Positions 9,591 through 20,375 of a stretch of 32,000 bases of DNA are shown piece after piece. Position numbers and translations under genes: made by a program. How positions within the stretch are numbered: the stretch's first letter is position 1; every line of letters starts with the position of its first letter. This DNA comes from Pseudoalteromonas translucida KMM 520 (lineage in GTDB: Bacteria > Pseudomonadota > Gammaproteobacteria > Enterobacterales > Alteromonadaceae): assembly GCF_001465295.1 (NCBI RefSeq), contig NZ_CP011034.1, positions 2,490,001 to 2,522,000 on the forward strand, written 5' to 3'. The notes beneath the pieces are model-generated. The model saw only the letters and a list, made by a program, of their open reading frames with translations. It did not search any database and was not told the DNA's origin.

Positions 9591-10451
9591 TTACAGTGGC
9601 GTATTTAATTTTTTATCATCAATATGAATAATACGTTGTGGTAAGGCAATTTTAATATTATTTAATTTAAACTGCTTATAAAGACTAAAACGAATATCGC
9701 TGCGAACTTGTCGCAACATAGTTTCAGACTCTGCATACACCCAAAAATAAGCGCTAAACATCATGGCGCTTTCTGCAAAATCATCTAACAACACCGCCTT
9801 TGGTAAGGTGGGTAATATTGCTGGATGCTCTGCAAGCACTTGTTGCATCAGTTTTTCAACCAATTCAACATCTGAGCCATACATTACGCCAACATTAACC
9901 GAGGTTCGTGCATTACGATCAATTAGCGTCCAATTAGTTACTGTATTTTCTAATAGTTGGCTGTTTGGTACAAGCATATGTACGCCATCGTTACGGCGAA
10001 TACGGGTTGAGCGAGTGTTTATCGTTTCAACTACGCCCTTGGCATTGCCCACCTCTAAAAAATCACCAATACGAATTGGCCGCTCCCACATTAATATCCA
10101 ACCACTAATAAAGTTATTAATGATATTTTGCGCACCAAAACCAACGCCTATCGCAATAGCACCCGACACAAAAGCAAAAGCTGTAAGCGGTATATTTAAC
10201 ACCTCTAAAGAGGTAAAAATTAAAATTGCGATACTTAAAATAAAATAAATTCGCGTAAATAACAGTACCGCATCAGGGTTCATTTTACGTTTAAGTAATG
10301 ATTTTTTTATTAACTTACCAATACGTGTAACTACAAACCACATAGTAAATAATATCAATGGGATCTGAATTATCTTTACCACTGTAATTTGCACATCGTT
10401 GTAACTAAAAAGTACAAAAGCAAGCATTTGATTTAGTTGTTCTAATGTCAT
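9591..10451 (-). CDS. mechanosensitive ion channel, MscS family
   Basis: Pore-lining TM3 and beta-domain signature GFGAQNIINNFISGWILMWERPIRIGDFLEV. Confidence 0.9.
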   Translation of the reverse strand: MTLEQLNQMLAFVLFSYNDVQITVVKIIQIPLILFTMWFVVTRIGKLIKKSLLKRKMNPDAVLLFTRIYFILSIAILIFTSLEVLNIPLTAFAFVSGAIAIGVGFGAQNIINNFISGWILMWERPIRIGDFLEVGNAKGVVETINTRSTRIRRNDGVHMLVPNSQLLENTVTNWTLIDRNARTSVNVGVMYGSDVELVEKLMQQVLAEHPAILPTLPKAVLLDDFAESAMMFSAYFWVYAESETMLRQVRSDIRFSLYKQFKLNNIKIALPQRIIHIDDKKLNTPL

Positions 10452-10640
10452 TTATTTTCCAAATAAGTAAGAAGATACCGCTCTATAAACGAGTGTCTAA
10501 AATAAAAGTAAAACTGGTTCAGTGTTCGCTAAGTTTAGCACGTCATAATATTAGAGGGATAAAATCAATTTATACAATCAACTAACTCTTTATGGTACTT
10601 AGTGCTATATAAATAGTGTACTTGCACTGGAGATAACATT

Positions 10641-10850
10641 ATGACGCAACTAACTTTAGCTCAAAAACTAGCAACCTTGCAGCCGCAGGTTGACCTTAAT
10701 TTATTTGAAACTAGCCTCGAATATCGTAATAAAATTTTATCTTTGCTTGCTCAACAAGAACAAGCACTAGCCACTATTAATCAAGAATTTGGCCAGCAGC
10801 AGCCGGTAAACTTTAGCTCTGATAAAAAATTTGTACTGGGTTACAATTAA
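10641..10850 (+). CDS. small hypothetical protein (69 aa)
   Basis: ORF preceded by GGAG 8 nt upstream of the ATG. No recognisable family. Confidence 0.4.
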   Translation: MTQLTLAQKLATLQPQVDLNLFETSLEYRNKILSLLAQQEQALATINQEFGQQQPVNFSSDKKFVLGYN

Positions 10851-11068
10851 AATTGGGATACATTTTCTGCTTATTTACTTAACTAAGTAGCTCAAACGTT
10901 TATATTTAGAGCTACTTTTACCCACCTTTACCTCTATTATTCGCTAATTTGCGTTTAAATCCCGCTTAATACCGATAAACATGATTGTATATAACTCTAA
11001 ATTTGATAAGTTAACTGTGTTTTTCGACTCGCACAGCCTATTTCGGCTAATATTTTTATGGAGTTACT

Positions 11069-13204
11069 ATGCGTAAAACATTGATCGCCACTACTATTGC
11101 TAGTGTTTTAGTATTATCTGCCTGTACATCAAACGATTCAAACAACATGGCAAAAGAGAGCGCTACACAAGTGCAAAACATTAATGCAGACAATGTATTG
11201 TTCAAATCAAGCCCATTACAATATATGGCACCAGAATTTAATAAGTTCTCTACTAAAGATTACGAAGCTGCATTCGATGCCGGTATTGCTCAGCATAAAG
11301 CACAAGTATTAGTAATTGCTAACAACCCTGCCCCAGCTACATTTAAAAATACGTTAGTTGAAATGGAGCTTTCGGGTGAGTTATTAAATCGCGTATCTAC
11401 CGCATTTTATAACTTATCAGGATTAATTTCTGACAGTGAATATCAACGTATCGATGAGAAAATGGCGCCTGTACTTTCAGCGCATTCAGACGATATTTAC
11501 TTAAATGGTGCATTATTTAAACGCGTACAAACTATTTACGACAATAAAAGCAAACTAAATGCTGAAGATCAGCGCCTTATTGACTTTTACTATAAACAGT
11601 TTGTTAAAGCGGGTGCAAAATTAAACGACGCTGAAAAAGCAAAAATGCGTGAAATTAACTCTGAGCTTGCTAAGCTTTCGACGGCATTTTCGCAAAACGT
11701 TTTAAAATCGTTTAAAGAAGACGTAATTGTTGTTACCGATAAAAGTAAATTAGCTGGTCTTTCTGAAGGCGAAATTGCCAGTCTAGCCGATGCTGCTAAA
11801 AAAGCGGGCAAAACCGGTTACATGATCACTTTAGTAAACACCACGCAACAGCCAATTTTAAGTAGCCTAGAAAACCGTGACTTACGCGAGCAAGTGTTTA
11901 CAGCCTCAACTAAGCGTGCGGCTAAAACTAACGGCCCTATTATTATTAAAGAAACCAACCTACGCGCTCAAAAAGCAGAGCTTTTAGGCTATAAAGATTG
12001 GGCTTCTTATGTAATGACTTCGCGTATGGCGCAAACCACTGAAAATGTTTACGGCATTTTAGATGACCTTGCACCAAAAGCAGTTGAAAAAGCAAAAATT
12101 GAAGCAGCAGCAATTCAAAAAGTAATTAACGATTCTGGCGAAAGTTTTGAACTTAAACCGTGGGATTGGGCTTTTTACGCTGAAAAAGTACGTGCTGAAA
12201 AGTACAACCTAGATCCAGCCCTAGTTAAACCTTACTTTGAATTACAATCGGTAATTCATAATGGTTTATTCTTCGCTATGGAAAAACTATACGGTATTAC
12301 TTTTAAAGAACGTAAAGATCTGCCGGTTTACCACGAAGATGTAACTACCTTTGAAGTATTTAATGCTGATGGCAGTGCAATTGGTTTATTTTACATGGAC
12401 CCATACGCACGTGAAGGTAAGCGTGGCGGTGCTTGGATGAGTGCATACGTAGGACAAAGTGGTTTAAAAAATACTAAACCTGTTATCTACAACGCGCAAA
12501 ACATTCCAAAACCAGCAGCAGGTCAGCCTACATTATTAACGTTTGACGAAGTATCTACTTTGTTCCATGAATTTGGTCATGCGGCGCATGGTTTATTCTC
12601 AGATGTTAAGTACCCAAGTCTAGCGGGCACAGCAACAGCACGTGACTTTGTTGAGTTTCCTTCTCAAGCAAATGAAGATTGGATGATTGAACCGACTGTA
12701 TTAGCTAACTACGCTAAGCACTACAAAACAGGTGAGCCAATTCCACAAGACCTGCTTAACAAAATGTTAGAATCACAAAAGTTTAACCAAGGCTTTGGTA
12801 CTACTGAGTACTTAGCTGCGGCATTGCTTGATATGGAATGGCATTCTTTTGGTTCTGATAAAAAAATAGCTGATGTAGAAGAGTTTGAGCAAAGCGCGCT
12901 AGAAAAACATGGTATTGCTTACTACCCTGTACCACCGCGTTATAAATCAAACTACTTTAGCCACACTTTTGCCGGTGGTTACTCTGCAGGTTACTACGCG
13001 TACCTTTGGACCGAAGTATTTGCAGCCGACGCCTTTGCCCATATGGAAAATAACGGTGGCTTAACGCGCAAAAATGGCGATAAGTTCCGTAAAGAAATCC
13101 TATCTAAAGGTAATAGCCGCGACTTAATGCAAAGCTACATTGAATTTAGAGGTCAAAAACCAACTACCGACGCACTTCTTAAGCGCCGTGGTTTAGTAGA
13201 CTAA
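11069..13204 (+). CDS. dcp: peptidyl-dipeptidase Dcp (M3 zinc metallopeptidase), lipoprotein-type leader
   Basis: HEFGH zinc motif, M3-family length, and a lipobox-like LVLSAC near the N-terminus. Confidence 0.9.
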   Translation: MRKTLIATTIASVLVLSACTSNDSNNMAKESATQVQNINADNVLFKSSPLQYMAPEFNKFSTKDYEAAFDAGIAQHKAQVLVIANNPAPATFKNTLVEMELSGELLNRVSTAFYNLSGLISDSEYQRIDEKMAPVLSAHSDDIYLNGALFKRVQTIYDNKSKLNAEDQRLIDFYYKQFVKAGAKLNDAEKAKMREINSELAKLSTAFSQNVLKSFKEDVIVVTDKSKLAGLSEGEIASLADAAKKAGKTGYMITLVNTTQQPILSSLENRDLREQVFTASTKRAAKTNGPIIIKETNLRAQKAELLGYKDWASYVMTSRMAQTTENVYGILDDLAPKAVEKAKIEAAAIQKVINDSGESFELKPWDWAFYAEKVRAEKYNLDPALVKPYFELQSVIHNGLFFAMEKLYGITFKERKDLPVYHEDVTTFEVFNADGSAIGLFYMDPYAREGKRGGAWMSAYVGQSGLKNTKPVIYNAQNIPKPAAGQPTLLTFDEVSTLFHEFGHAAHGLFSDVKYPSLAGTATARDFVEFPSQANEDWMIEPTVLANYAKHYKTGEPIPQDLLNKMLESQKFNQGFGTTEYLAAALLDMEWHSFGSDKKIADVEEFEQSALEKHGIAYYPVPPRYKSNYFSHTFAGGYSAGYYAYLWTEVFAADAFAHMENNGGLTRKNGDKFRKEILSKGNSRDLMQSYIEFRGQKPTTDALLKRRGLVD

Positions 13205-13231
13205 TTAGTTAACTAATTAACACATTTTAAA

Positions 13232-13254
13232 AAGCCCGCTTGCGGGCTTTTTTA
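13232..13254 (+). terminator. rho-independent terminator after dcp
   Basis: GCCCGC-tt-GCGGGC (13234-13247) followed by TTTTTT. Confidence 0.8.
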
Positions 13255-13351
13255 TTGCCATTAACTTAACCCACTTTTACACCCTTTTAACTCAAAGAAA
13301 ATACCACTTTAAACAACTATGTTAATCTGAATAAAAAATTCAGGTGCCGCT

Positions 13352-14779
13352 ATGAAACTCGTATTAATACTCCCCATCACGCTTATTTTAGCTGCTTGTA
13401 ACCAAGTGACTCAAAAACAACAAGCCGACATTATTATTAACCACGCCAATGTAATTAATATGATCACAGGGCAAATTACGGCTAATCAATCCATTGTTAT
13501 CAAAAACTCTACTATTGTAGCCCGTGGCGGCAATGAGCTAAATTTACGTTACAGCGCAACAAGTCAAATTGATGCCAGTGGTCAATATGTAATGCCTGGG
13601 CTTTGGGATATGCATGTACACTTTGGCGGCGGCGAGCAACTAATAACAGAAAACAAACAATTACTGCCGTTATATTTAGCCTATGGCATAACCACAGTGC
13701 GCGATGCGGCCGCTGATTTAAGTGAATCGGTATTGCAATGGCGCGAGCAAATTAATCAAGGCACATTAATTGGCCCTACTATTTATACCTCAGGGCCAAA
13801 GCTCGAAGGTAAAGACTCAATTTGGCCTGGCGACTTAGAAGTAGAAACCAGCGCAGAAATGCACGCCGCCATTGATAAACTTGAGGCCATGAATGTCGAT
13901 TTTATTAAAATTACCGACAGCGCTTTAACGCCACAGTTATACTTACAAGCAGTACAAGAGGTTAAAAAGCGCGGTTACCAAATTTCGGGGCATATTCCTT
14001 TTTCGCTTTCGGTAACCGATGTGTCAAACGCAGGGCTTGATGCGATTGAACATATGACCTACATGCTAAAAGCCGCAGCCGATAACGAACAAGAAATTTC
14101 TGCTAAGGTAAAATCAGGTTTACTGAGCTACTCCAGTGCACTGCCAATTATTACTGAGCATGTTGATAAAGCCACAGCAATGCAAAAATATCGTATGCTC
14201 GCAAAAAACAATACCGCTGTTGTACCTACCTTAATTGGCGGCCAAATTACGGCCTACATTGATGAAAACACCCACCAACAAGACGAGTACCTAAATTATT
14301 TAGGCAAAAGATTAAAAGCTACCTACCAATGGCGAGTTGATCGCGCAAATAAAGATACCCCTGAGCAAATAACACAACGCAAAGAGCGTTTTATAAAAAC
14401 AGCAAAATTACTCCCTTGGGTGCAGCAAGCTGGCGTATCAATTATTGCCGGTACCGACGCCGGTTTTTTAAACTCTTATATTTATCCGGGGTTGTCGTTG
14501 CATCAAGAACTCGCTATTTTTAGTGATTACGGACTAACCCCGTTACAAACACTACAAAGTGCCACAATAGCTGGGCCTAAATTTTTAGGTAAAACGCAGC
14601 AATTTACCAGTTTAGAGGTGGGTAAAGTGGCAGATATTATTATTTTAGCGCGCAATCCACTAGTTAATATTCGTAACACGCAATCACTGCAAGGCGTTAT
14701 TAGCCATAACCGCTACTACAATAAAAAAGCGCTAGAGCATTTAAAATTACAAGCCAAGCAATTTGTAAGTTCACAATAG
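13352..14779 (+). CDS. amidohydrolase-family metallohydrolase, lipoprotein-type leader
   Basis: MPGLWDMHVHFGGG metal-binding HxH motif, a C-terminal GTDAG motif, and lipobox LILAAC. Confidence 0.85.
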   Translation: MKLVLILPITLILAACNQVTQKQQADIIINHANVINMITGQITANQSIVIKNSTIVARGGNELNLRYSATSQIDASGQYVMPGLWDMHVHFGGGEQLITENKQLLPLYLAYGITTVRDAAADLSESVLQWREQINQGTLIGPTIYTSGPKLEGKDSIWPGDLEVETSAEMHAAIDKLEAMNVDFIKITDSALTPQLYLQAVQEVKKRGYQISGHIPFSLSVTDVSNAGLDAIEHMTYMLKAAADNEQEISAKVKSGLLSYSSALPIITEHVDKATAMQKYRMLAKNNTAVVPTLIGGQITAYIDENTHQQDEYLNYLGKRLKATYQWRVDRANKDTPEQITQRKERFIKTAKLLPWVQQAGVSIIAGTDAGFLNSYIYPGLSLHQELAIFSDYGLTPLQTLQSATIAGPKFLGKTQQFTSLEVGKVADIIILARNPLVNIRNTQSLQGVISHNRYYNKKALEHLKLQAKQFVSSQ

Positions 14780-14788
14780 TTACTTTTT

Positions 14789-14814
14789 AGTCCACTTGTT
14801 TTATCAAGTGGACT
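14789..14814 (+). terminator. hairpin downstream of the amidohydrolase gene
   Basis: AGTCCACTTG-ttttat-CAAGTGGACT forms a perfect 10-bp stem. The T-tract after it is weak. Confidence 0.5.
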
Positions 14815-14872
14815 ATTACTCTTTATTATTATCTAGGTTAAACTCGTTGTTTTATTTGGAGTTATAAAAACC

Positions 14873-15727
14873 ATGGCTTACTTGTTTGCTGTCACCCTAT
14901 TATGGGCGTTCTCGTTTAGCTTAATTGGTGTATATTTAGCAGGCCAAGTTGATGCATGGTTTAGTGTGTTAATCCGCATTGCACTCGCTGCATTAGTTTT
15001 TTTACCATTTTTAAAGGTTAAACATACCCCTAAGCCACTGGCGTTAAAATTAATGCTTATTGGTGCAGTGCAACTTGGTGCTATGTACAGCTTTTACTAT
15101 CACTCATTTTTATATTTAAGCGTGCCTGAAGTACTACTATTTACAGTGATGACCCCGCTTTATATCACCCTACTAAACGATGCTTTAGAAAAACACTTTA
15201 ACCCTCGCTTTTTTATTGTTGCTATTATTGCTATTGGCGGCGCGGTAGCCATTAGGTATGAAGGCATAAGTAGCGACTTTGTGCTTGGCTTATTATTAGT
15301 CCAAGCGGCTAACCTGTGTTTTGCTATTGGCCAAGTGGCCTACAAACGCTTAATGAATAACAGTACCCTTGAGCACAAATCGGTGTTCGGTTGGTTTTTT
15401 ATCGGCGCTTTGTGTGTTGCTTTAGTGTGCTACATGCTGTTTGGCAATACCGATAAACTACCAACAACCACAACTCAATGGAGCGTGCTTATTTATTTAG
15501 GAATAGTAGCGTCTGGGTTTGGTTATTTTGTTTGGAACAAAGGAGCTACCTTAGTCAATGTGGGGGCGCTGGCGGTAATGAATAACTTACTTATCCCTGC
15601 TGGTATTATTGTTAATGTGCTTATTTGGAACAGAGATGCCGATTTATTCAGGCTAACTATTGGTGCAGGAATTATTTTAGCTGCATTATTGGTGAATCAA
15701 TACTTTAATAAAAATGCCATAAAATAG
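14873..15727 (+). CDS. EamA/DMT-superfamily transporter
   Basis: 284 aa with about 10 TM segments arranged as two EamA-like halves. Confidence 0.8.
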   Translation: MAYLFAVTLLWAFSFSLIGVYLAGQVDAWFSVLIRIALAALVFLPFLKVKHTPKPLALKLMLIGAVQLGAMYSFYYHSFLYLSVPEVLLFTVMTPLYITLLNDALEKHFNPRFFIVAIIAIGGAVAIRYEGISSDFVLGLLLVQAANLCFAIGQVAYKRLMNNSTLEHKSVFGWFFIGALCVALVCYMLFGNTDKLPTTTTQWSVLIYLGIVASGFGYFVWNKGATLVNVGALAVMNNLLIPAGIIVNVLIWNRDADLFRLTIGAGIILAALLVNQYFNKNAIK

Positions 15728-15768
15728 CGCTACACTTACAGCATCTTAATAATTTAAAGTTGTTTTAA

Positions 15769-17010
15769 ATGCTCGGTAAAATAATTTTAGTCGCCAGTTT
15801 TATTTTTATTATTACTGGCTGTAGCAATACCCTAATTAACGAACAAAATGCTCAACTGGGTACGCGTCCTTATTATTTAATTAACGATATGGACGCTAGT
15901 GATTTAAAAGCACAATTAGAATCGTGTAGTGAAGGCCCTTTTTATCGCACCGACTTTTCAATTGGGCATCGCGGTGCGTCTATGCAGTATCCTGAGCACA
16001 CTAAAGAAGCCTACACTGCTGCTGCAAGAATGGGCGCAGGTATTGTAGAGTGCGATGTTACATTTACAAACGATAATGAACTTGTATGTCGCCATTCACA
16101 ATGCGATTTACACACCACAACCAATATTTTAGCCATTCCTGAATTAGCGGCTAAATGCAGCGAACCATTTATCCCTGCCGACGCTAATGTCGCAGTAACC
16201 GCCTCTGCAAAGTGCTGTACTAGCGACATTAGCTTGAGCGAGTTTTTAACCCTTAAAGGCAAAATGGATGGTGCAAATATTCACGCAACTACTGCTAAGC
16301 AGTATCTGCAGGGCACACCTAATTGGCGCACCGACTTATACGCAACTAATGGCACATTAATGACGCATAAACAAAGTATTGCGTTATTTAAAGCACTCGG
16401 GGTAAAAATGACTCCTGAGCTTAAATCACCAGAAGTTAGCATGCCTTTTAAAGGCATGACGCAAGAACAATACGCGCAAAAAATGTTAGATGAATACACT
16501 CAAATGGATATACCTGCGTCGCGAGTATACCCGCAATCATTTAATCTTGATGACGTAAAATATTGGATAAACAACAATCCTGATTTTGCTGATCAAAGTG
16601 TCTATCTTGACGGGCGCGATAGCGATGCTGGGTTCGATCCTAGTAATCCACAAACATGGCAACCAAGCATGGATGAACTGGTTGCTAATGGGGTGAAAAT
16701 TTTAGCCCCGCCTATTTGGATGATGTTAAAAATAGATAACGAAAGCAATATTGTGCCATCACAATACGCAATTGCCGCTAAAGCTGCGGGCTTAGAGCTT
16801 ATTGCATGGAGCCTTGAACGCTCAGGCCCACTTAACCAAGGTGGTGGCTATTACTATCAATCGATTGCTGATGTAATAAATAACGATGGCGATATGATGA
16901 AAGTAGTTGATGTACTTGCGCAAGATGTTGGTGTAATGGCGATATTTTCCGATTGGCCAGCAACCGTTAGCTACTACGCAAGCTGCAATAAAATGCCTGC
17001 TAGCCTTTAA
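15769..17010 (+). CDS. glycerophosphodiester phosphodiesterase-family protein, lipoprotein-type leader
   Basis: GDPD catalytic signature IGHRGAS..YPEHT...A...GAG.VECDV, and lipobox ITGC. Confidence 0.85.
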   Translation: MLGKIILVASFIFIITGCSNTLINEQNAQLGTRPYYLINDMDASDLKAQLESCSEGPFYRTDFSIGHRGASMQYPEHTKEAYTAAARMGAGIVECDVTFTNDNELVCRHSQCDLHTTTNILAIPELAAKCSEPFIPADANVAVTASAKCCTSDISLSEFLTLKGKMDGANIHATTAKQYLQGTPNWRTDLYATNGTLMTHKQSIALFKALGVKMTPELKSPEVSMPFKGMTQEQYAQKMLDEYTQMDIPASRVYPQSFNLDDVKYWINNNPDFADQSVYLDGRDSDAGFDPSNPQTWQPSMDELVANGVKILAPPIWMMLKIDNESNIVPSQYAIAAKAAGLELIAWSLERSGPLNQGGGYYYQSIADVINNDGDMMKVVDVLAQDVGVMAIFSDWPATVSYYASCNKMPASL

Positions 17011-17028
17011 CTAGTCGTATATTTTATC

Positions 17029-17065
17029 GCGCTCAGTTACCATATAAATTTATATAACTGAGCGC
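17029..17065. repeat. perfect 11-bp inverted repeat (GCGCTCAGTTA / TAACTGAGCGC) with a 15-nt AT loop
   Basis: Read directly from the sequence. It lies between the GDPD stop (17010) and the dienelactone hydrolase start (17070), so it may be a terminator or an operator. Confidence 0.6.
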
Positions 17066-17069
17066 AATT

Positions 17070-17804
17070 ATGATCATCCAGCAACATAACGCCGACTTGC
17101 CTACCCCTACAGGGTTAATGCGAACTACTATTTACCGCCCTCAGGCGCAAGGGTTGTTTCCTGCACTTATTTTTTACTCTGAAATTTTTCAACAAACCGC
17201 CCCTATTGCCCGCAGCGCCGCTATTTTAGCAAGCCATGGCTTTGTAGTATTAGTACCTGAAGTATTTCATGAGTTAAATCCTATTGGCACTGTGCTCGCT
17301 TACGACGACGCAGGCAAAGACAAAGGTAATGCCGACAAATGGGCTAAACCTTTAGAGCATCACGATAGCGATACCCAAGCCATGATCGACTTTGTAAAAC
17401 AACAAAACTATTGCACAGGTACGCTTGGTGTAATAGGTGTGTGTATTGGCGGGCATTTAGCATATAGAGCCGCATTAAACCCTGAGATTAAAGCCGCATT
17501 TTGTTTATACGCAACCGATATTCACAGCAACACATTACCAGCAAAAGCAGATAATAATTCATTTGAACGTATGGCAGATATACAAGGCGAAATTCACTTT
17601 ATATGGGGTAAACAAGATCCACATGTGCCACAAGAAGGCCGCACTAAAATATACCAGCAATGCGTAAGCACTGGCATTAATTACCAATGGCAAGAAGTAA
17701 ACGCACAACATGCATTTATGCGCGACGAAGGTGAGCGATACGACGCAGCGCTTGCAATAAGTATGTATCAACAAGCTATGGCATTATTTAACCGCACTTT
17801 ATAA
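17070..17804 (+). CDS. dienelactone hydrolase-family protein
   Basis: Alpha/beta-hydrolase with a nucleophile elbow around GVCIGG (Cys nucleophile, as in carboxymethylenebutenolidase). The 244-aa length is typical. Confidence 0.8.
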   Translation: MIIQQHNADLPTPTGLMRTTIYRPQAQGLFPALIFYSEIFQQTAPIARSAAILASHGFVVLVPEVFHELNPIGTVLAYDDAGKDKGNADKWAKPLEHHDSDTQAMIDFVKQQNYCTGTLGVIGVCIGGHLAYRAALNPEIKAAFCLYATDIHSNTLPAKADNNSFERMADIQGEIHFIWGKQDPHVPQEGRTKIYQQCVSTGINYQWQEVNAQHAFMRDEGERYDAALAISMYQQAMALFNRTL

Positions 17805-17862
17805 ATTAACTGTTTAAATTAACCTAAACTCTGGATAATAAATCTTTTAACCAGAGTTCATA

Positions 17863-18786
17863 TTAAATATTTTTTAGCATGCCTAAAGCAGTATGTTGTT
17901 TTACAAAGTAGGCTTTTAAATAATCTATAAATAGCCGCAATTTTTTAGAACCTGCTGCTCCTGGCGGAAATACACCATAAAGCTCAATATCTTTGCTTTT
18001 GTAATCGTCTAATAGAATTTCTAGCAACCCTGCTTGCACTTTAGGCCACGCATCGTACAGCGGAATACGACCTATACCATGTCCGGCTTCAACAAAAGCA
18101 GTACGGGCAGCGGCGTTATTGGTACTTAAACCGCCTTGCATTGTAATATCGTGTTTTTTCCCCTCTTTTGAAAGGGTTAACGTTTTACTGCCCAATTGAT
18201 ACACCACCCATTGATGCTGAGCTAACTCCACAGGGTTTTTAGGTTTGCCAAAATGAGCAAAGTAATCTGGCGAGCCACAAATACAAGTACTCATTGTTGT
18301 GAGTTTAGTAGCTTGTAAGTTAGAGTCACTTAGCGCCACCCCACGAATGGCAAAATCAAACCCATGTTTTATAATATCAACCACATCATCGCTAAGTTGT
18401 AGGTCTATGTTAATTTTGGGGTATTGGCGTTTAAAGTTATTAATAGCAGGCACTATTAATTGCATTCCTACATTTACCGGGCAACTAATTTTGAGCAGCC
18501 CCTGAGGCTCACTTTTTATATTTTCTATTTGTTGATTTGCCGCATTAGCTTGCTCAGTAATTATTCTGCAGCGCTCGTAATACGCCACTCCCGCCTCTGT
18601 TAATGCCATAGTGCGTGTTGAGCGATTTAGTAGGGTAATTTCAAGTTGGGTTTCTAATTTTTTTAAATGGTAACTTGCCACCGCGCGCGTTAAGCCTAAC
18701 TGCTTAGCCGCAGCGGTTAAACTACCCTGCTCTACAATTTGTGCAAACACCACCATACTTTTTAACTGCTCAAACGACACTTTCAT
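17863..18786 (-). CDS. LysR-family transcriptional regulator
   Basis: N-terminal HTH (FAQIVEQGSLTAAAKQLGLTRAVASYHLKKLE) and a LysR substrate-binding domain. The ATG at 18786 lies 5 nt downstream of AGGAGG, so I prefer it to the ORF-track start at 18804. Confidence 0.9.
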   Translation of the reverse strand: MKVSFEQLKSMVVFAQIVEQGSLTAAAKQLGLTRAVASYHLKKLETQLEITLLNRSTRTMALTEAGVAYYERCRIITEQANAANQQIENIKSEPQGLLKISCPVNVGMQLIVPAINNFKRQYPKINIDLQLSDDVVDIIKHGFDFAIRGVALSDSNLQATKLTTMSTCICGSPDYFAHFGKPKNPVELAQHQWVVYQLGSKTLTLSKEGKKHDITMQGGLSTNNAAARTAFVEAGHGIGRIPLYDAWPKVQAGLLEILLDDYKSKDIELYGVFPPGAAGSKKLRLFIDYLKAYFVKQHTALGMLKNI

Positions 18787-18929
18787 AACACCTCCTAAAT
18801 TCACTGCATTATTGTATCAATTATTAAACCAATAAAGTTAAATTTATCATCGTTGTTTAAAGCATTATTAGTGCATATAGTAGTTGGTAGCAAAGTTAAC
18901 TAATTTAAATCATCAAAAGGAATATCCTA

Positions 18930-19613
18930 ATGGCTAAAAAAATACTTATGGTTTTAACCTCACATGCAGAATTGGGCAACACAGGTGAAAAAACAGGTTT
19001 TTGGGTAGAAGAATTCGCAGCCCCTTATTACGCATTTAGAGATGCAGGCGTTGAAGTCACTCTTGCATCGCCAAATGGCGGCCAGCCACCGATAGACCCT
19101 ACAAGTACTCTTGCTGATTTTCAAACTGATGCAACTAAACGCTACGACGCAGACAGCGCCGCACAAACATTAATGGCCAATACTAAAGTGCTTAGTGAAG
19201 TAAATTCGACAGATTTTGACGCGGTATTTTACCCAGGCGGCCACGGCCCATTATGGGACTTAGTAGAAAACACCGACTCTATTGCACTTATTGAAAGCTT
19301 TATTAAAGAGCAAAAGCCAGTAGCGGCTGTTTGTCATGCCAGTGCCGTATTTTTAAATACTAAAGATGCCGATGGCAACGCACTGGTTGCTGGTAAAAAA
19401 GTAACTGGTTTTACTAACAGTGAAGAAGCTGCAGTACAACTTACCGACATAGTGCCACTTTTAGTTGAAGACGAACTAATTAAAAAAGGCGGCGACTATC
19501 AAAAAACAGATGACTGGGGTGTACTTGTACTCGAAGATGGCCTAGTAATTACCGGTCAAAACCCAGCAAGCTCAGAACTTGCTGCTAAAAAGCTACTAAC
19601 CAAACTAGGTTAA
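18930..19613 (+). CDS. DJ-1/PfpI-family (type 1 glutamine amidotransferase-like) protein
   Basis: Nucleophile-elbow Cys in VAAVCHASAVF and GGHGP motif. It is divergent from the LysR gene, a classical regulator-target layout. Confidence 0.85.
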   Translation: MAKKILMVLTSHAELGNTGEKTGFWVEEFAAPYYAFRDAGVEVTLASPNGGQPPIDPTSTLADFQTDATKRYDADSAAQTLMANTKVLSEVNSTDFDAVFYPGGHGPLWDLVENTDSIALIESFIKEQKPVAAVCHASAVFLNTKDADGNALVAGKKVTGFTNSEEAAVQLTDIVPLLVEDELIKKGGDYQKTDDWGVLVLEDGLVITGQNPASSELAAKKLLTKLG

Positions 19614-19630
19614 TAGCGATTTATAAGTAA

Positions 19631-19661
19631 AAAAGCACAGCATTAAATACTGTGCTTTTTT
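19631..19661 (+). terminator. rho-independent terminator
   Basis: AAAAGCACAG-cattaaata-CTGTGCTTTT followed by TT. Confidence 0.8.
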
Positions 19662-19727
19662 AATTGCTTTGCATTAGCAAATACAATTCCTATACTGGCA
19701 ACTATTAAGCTCAACTAGGACGATTAT

Positions 19728-20321
19728 ATGGCAACCAAGCCAACCACACGGTCATTACTAACAAGCAAACGCTTCGCTATTTTTAGTATTGTTACAATTT
19801 GCTTTTTTTTACAGCTAATTAATAGCTTACCTGGCATTAATCTTAATGGTTTTGGCATTTATCCGCGCAGCATTAATGGCTTAATTGGCATACTGTGCGC
19901 GCCATTTTTACATGGCAGTTGGTGGCACTTTGCCAGTAACATGCTGCCTTTTGTAGTTTTAAGTTGGTTGATTTGCCAATACAGTGTTAAGCGTTTTTAT
20001 AGCGTATTTATTTTTACCGCATTAGTAGGTGGCTTTTTAGTATGGGCATTTGGTCGTAGTAATATTCATGTAGGTTTAAGTGGCGTTATATATGGGTTGT
20101 GGGGGTTTATACTTTGTTATGGCGTAATAAGACGTTCATTTAAATCCATTGTTATTGCTGTTGTCGTTGCGCTACTTTACAGCGGATTTGTTTGGGGTGT
20201 ACTACCACAGCGCTTGCATATTTCGTTTGAAAGCCACTTATTTGGGGCGCTAAGCGGATTATTTTTAGGCTATAAATTAGCAAAAGCCGACAAGCTTAAA
20301 AGTCAAAAAACTCGCCTTTAA
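19728..20321 (+). CDS. rhomboid-family intramembrane serine protease
   Basis: Six TM segments, a GLSGVIYG catalytic Ser motif and a downstream His in a TM helix (SHLFGALSG). Confidence 0.8.
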   Translation: MATKPTTRSLLTSKRFAIFSIVTICFFLQLINSLPGINLNGFGIYPRSINGLIGILCAPFLHGSWWHFASNMLPFVVLSWLICQYSVKRFYSVFIFTALVGGFLVWAFGRSNIHVGLSGVIYGLWGFILCYGVIRRSFKSIVIAVVVALLYSGFVWGVLPQRLHISFESHLFGALSGLFLGYKLAKADKLKSQKTRL

Positions 20322-20375
20322 TTTATTTTAATGGCCACATTTATTAATACATGTATTTAAACAGAGGTTATTTTT

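Noticed and set aside
9763-10248. 161-aa ORF antisense to the MscS gene. Similar shadow ORFs occur at 1703-1948, 2596-2850, 11590-11811, 16011-16499, 17559-17774, 18299-18505, 18960-19166, 21892-22228, 27450-28230, 29097-29726 and 30048-30469
   Set aside because: Each lies fully inside a longer ORF on the opposite strand that has clear family signatures. Their compositions look like antisense artefacts.
18811-18821. ATTGTATCAAT palindrome as the LysR T-N11-A operator in the LysR and DJ-1 divergent promoter region
   Set aside because: It is too short and AT-rich to distinguish from chance in this genome, so it is only a plausible location.
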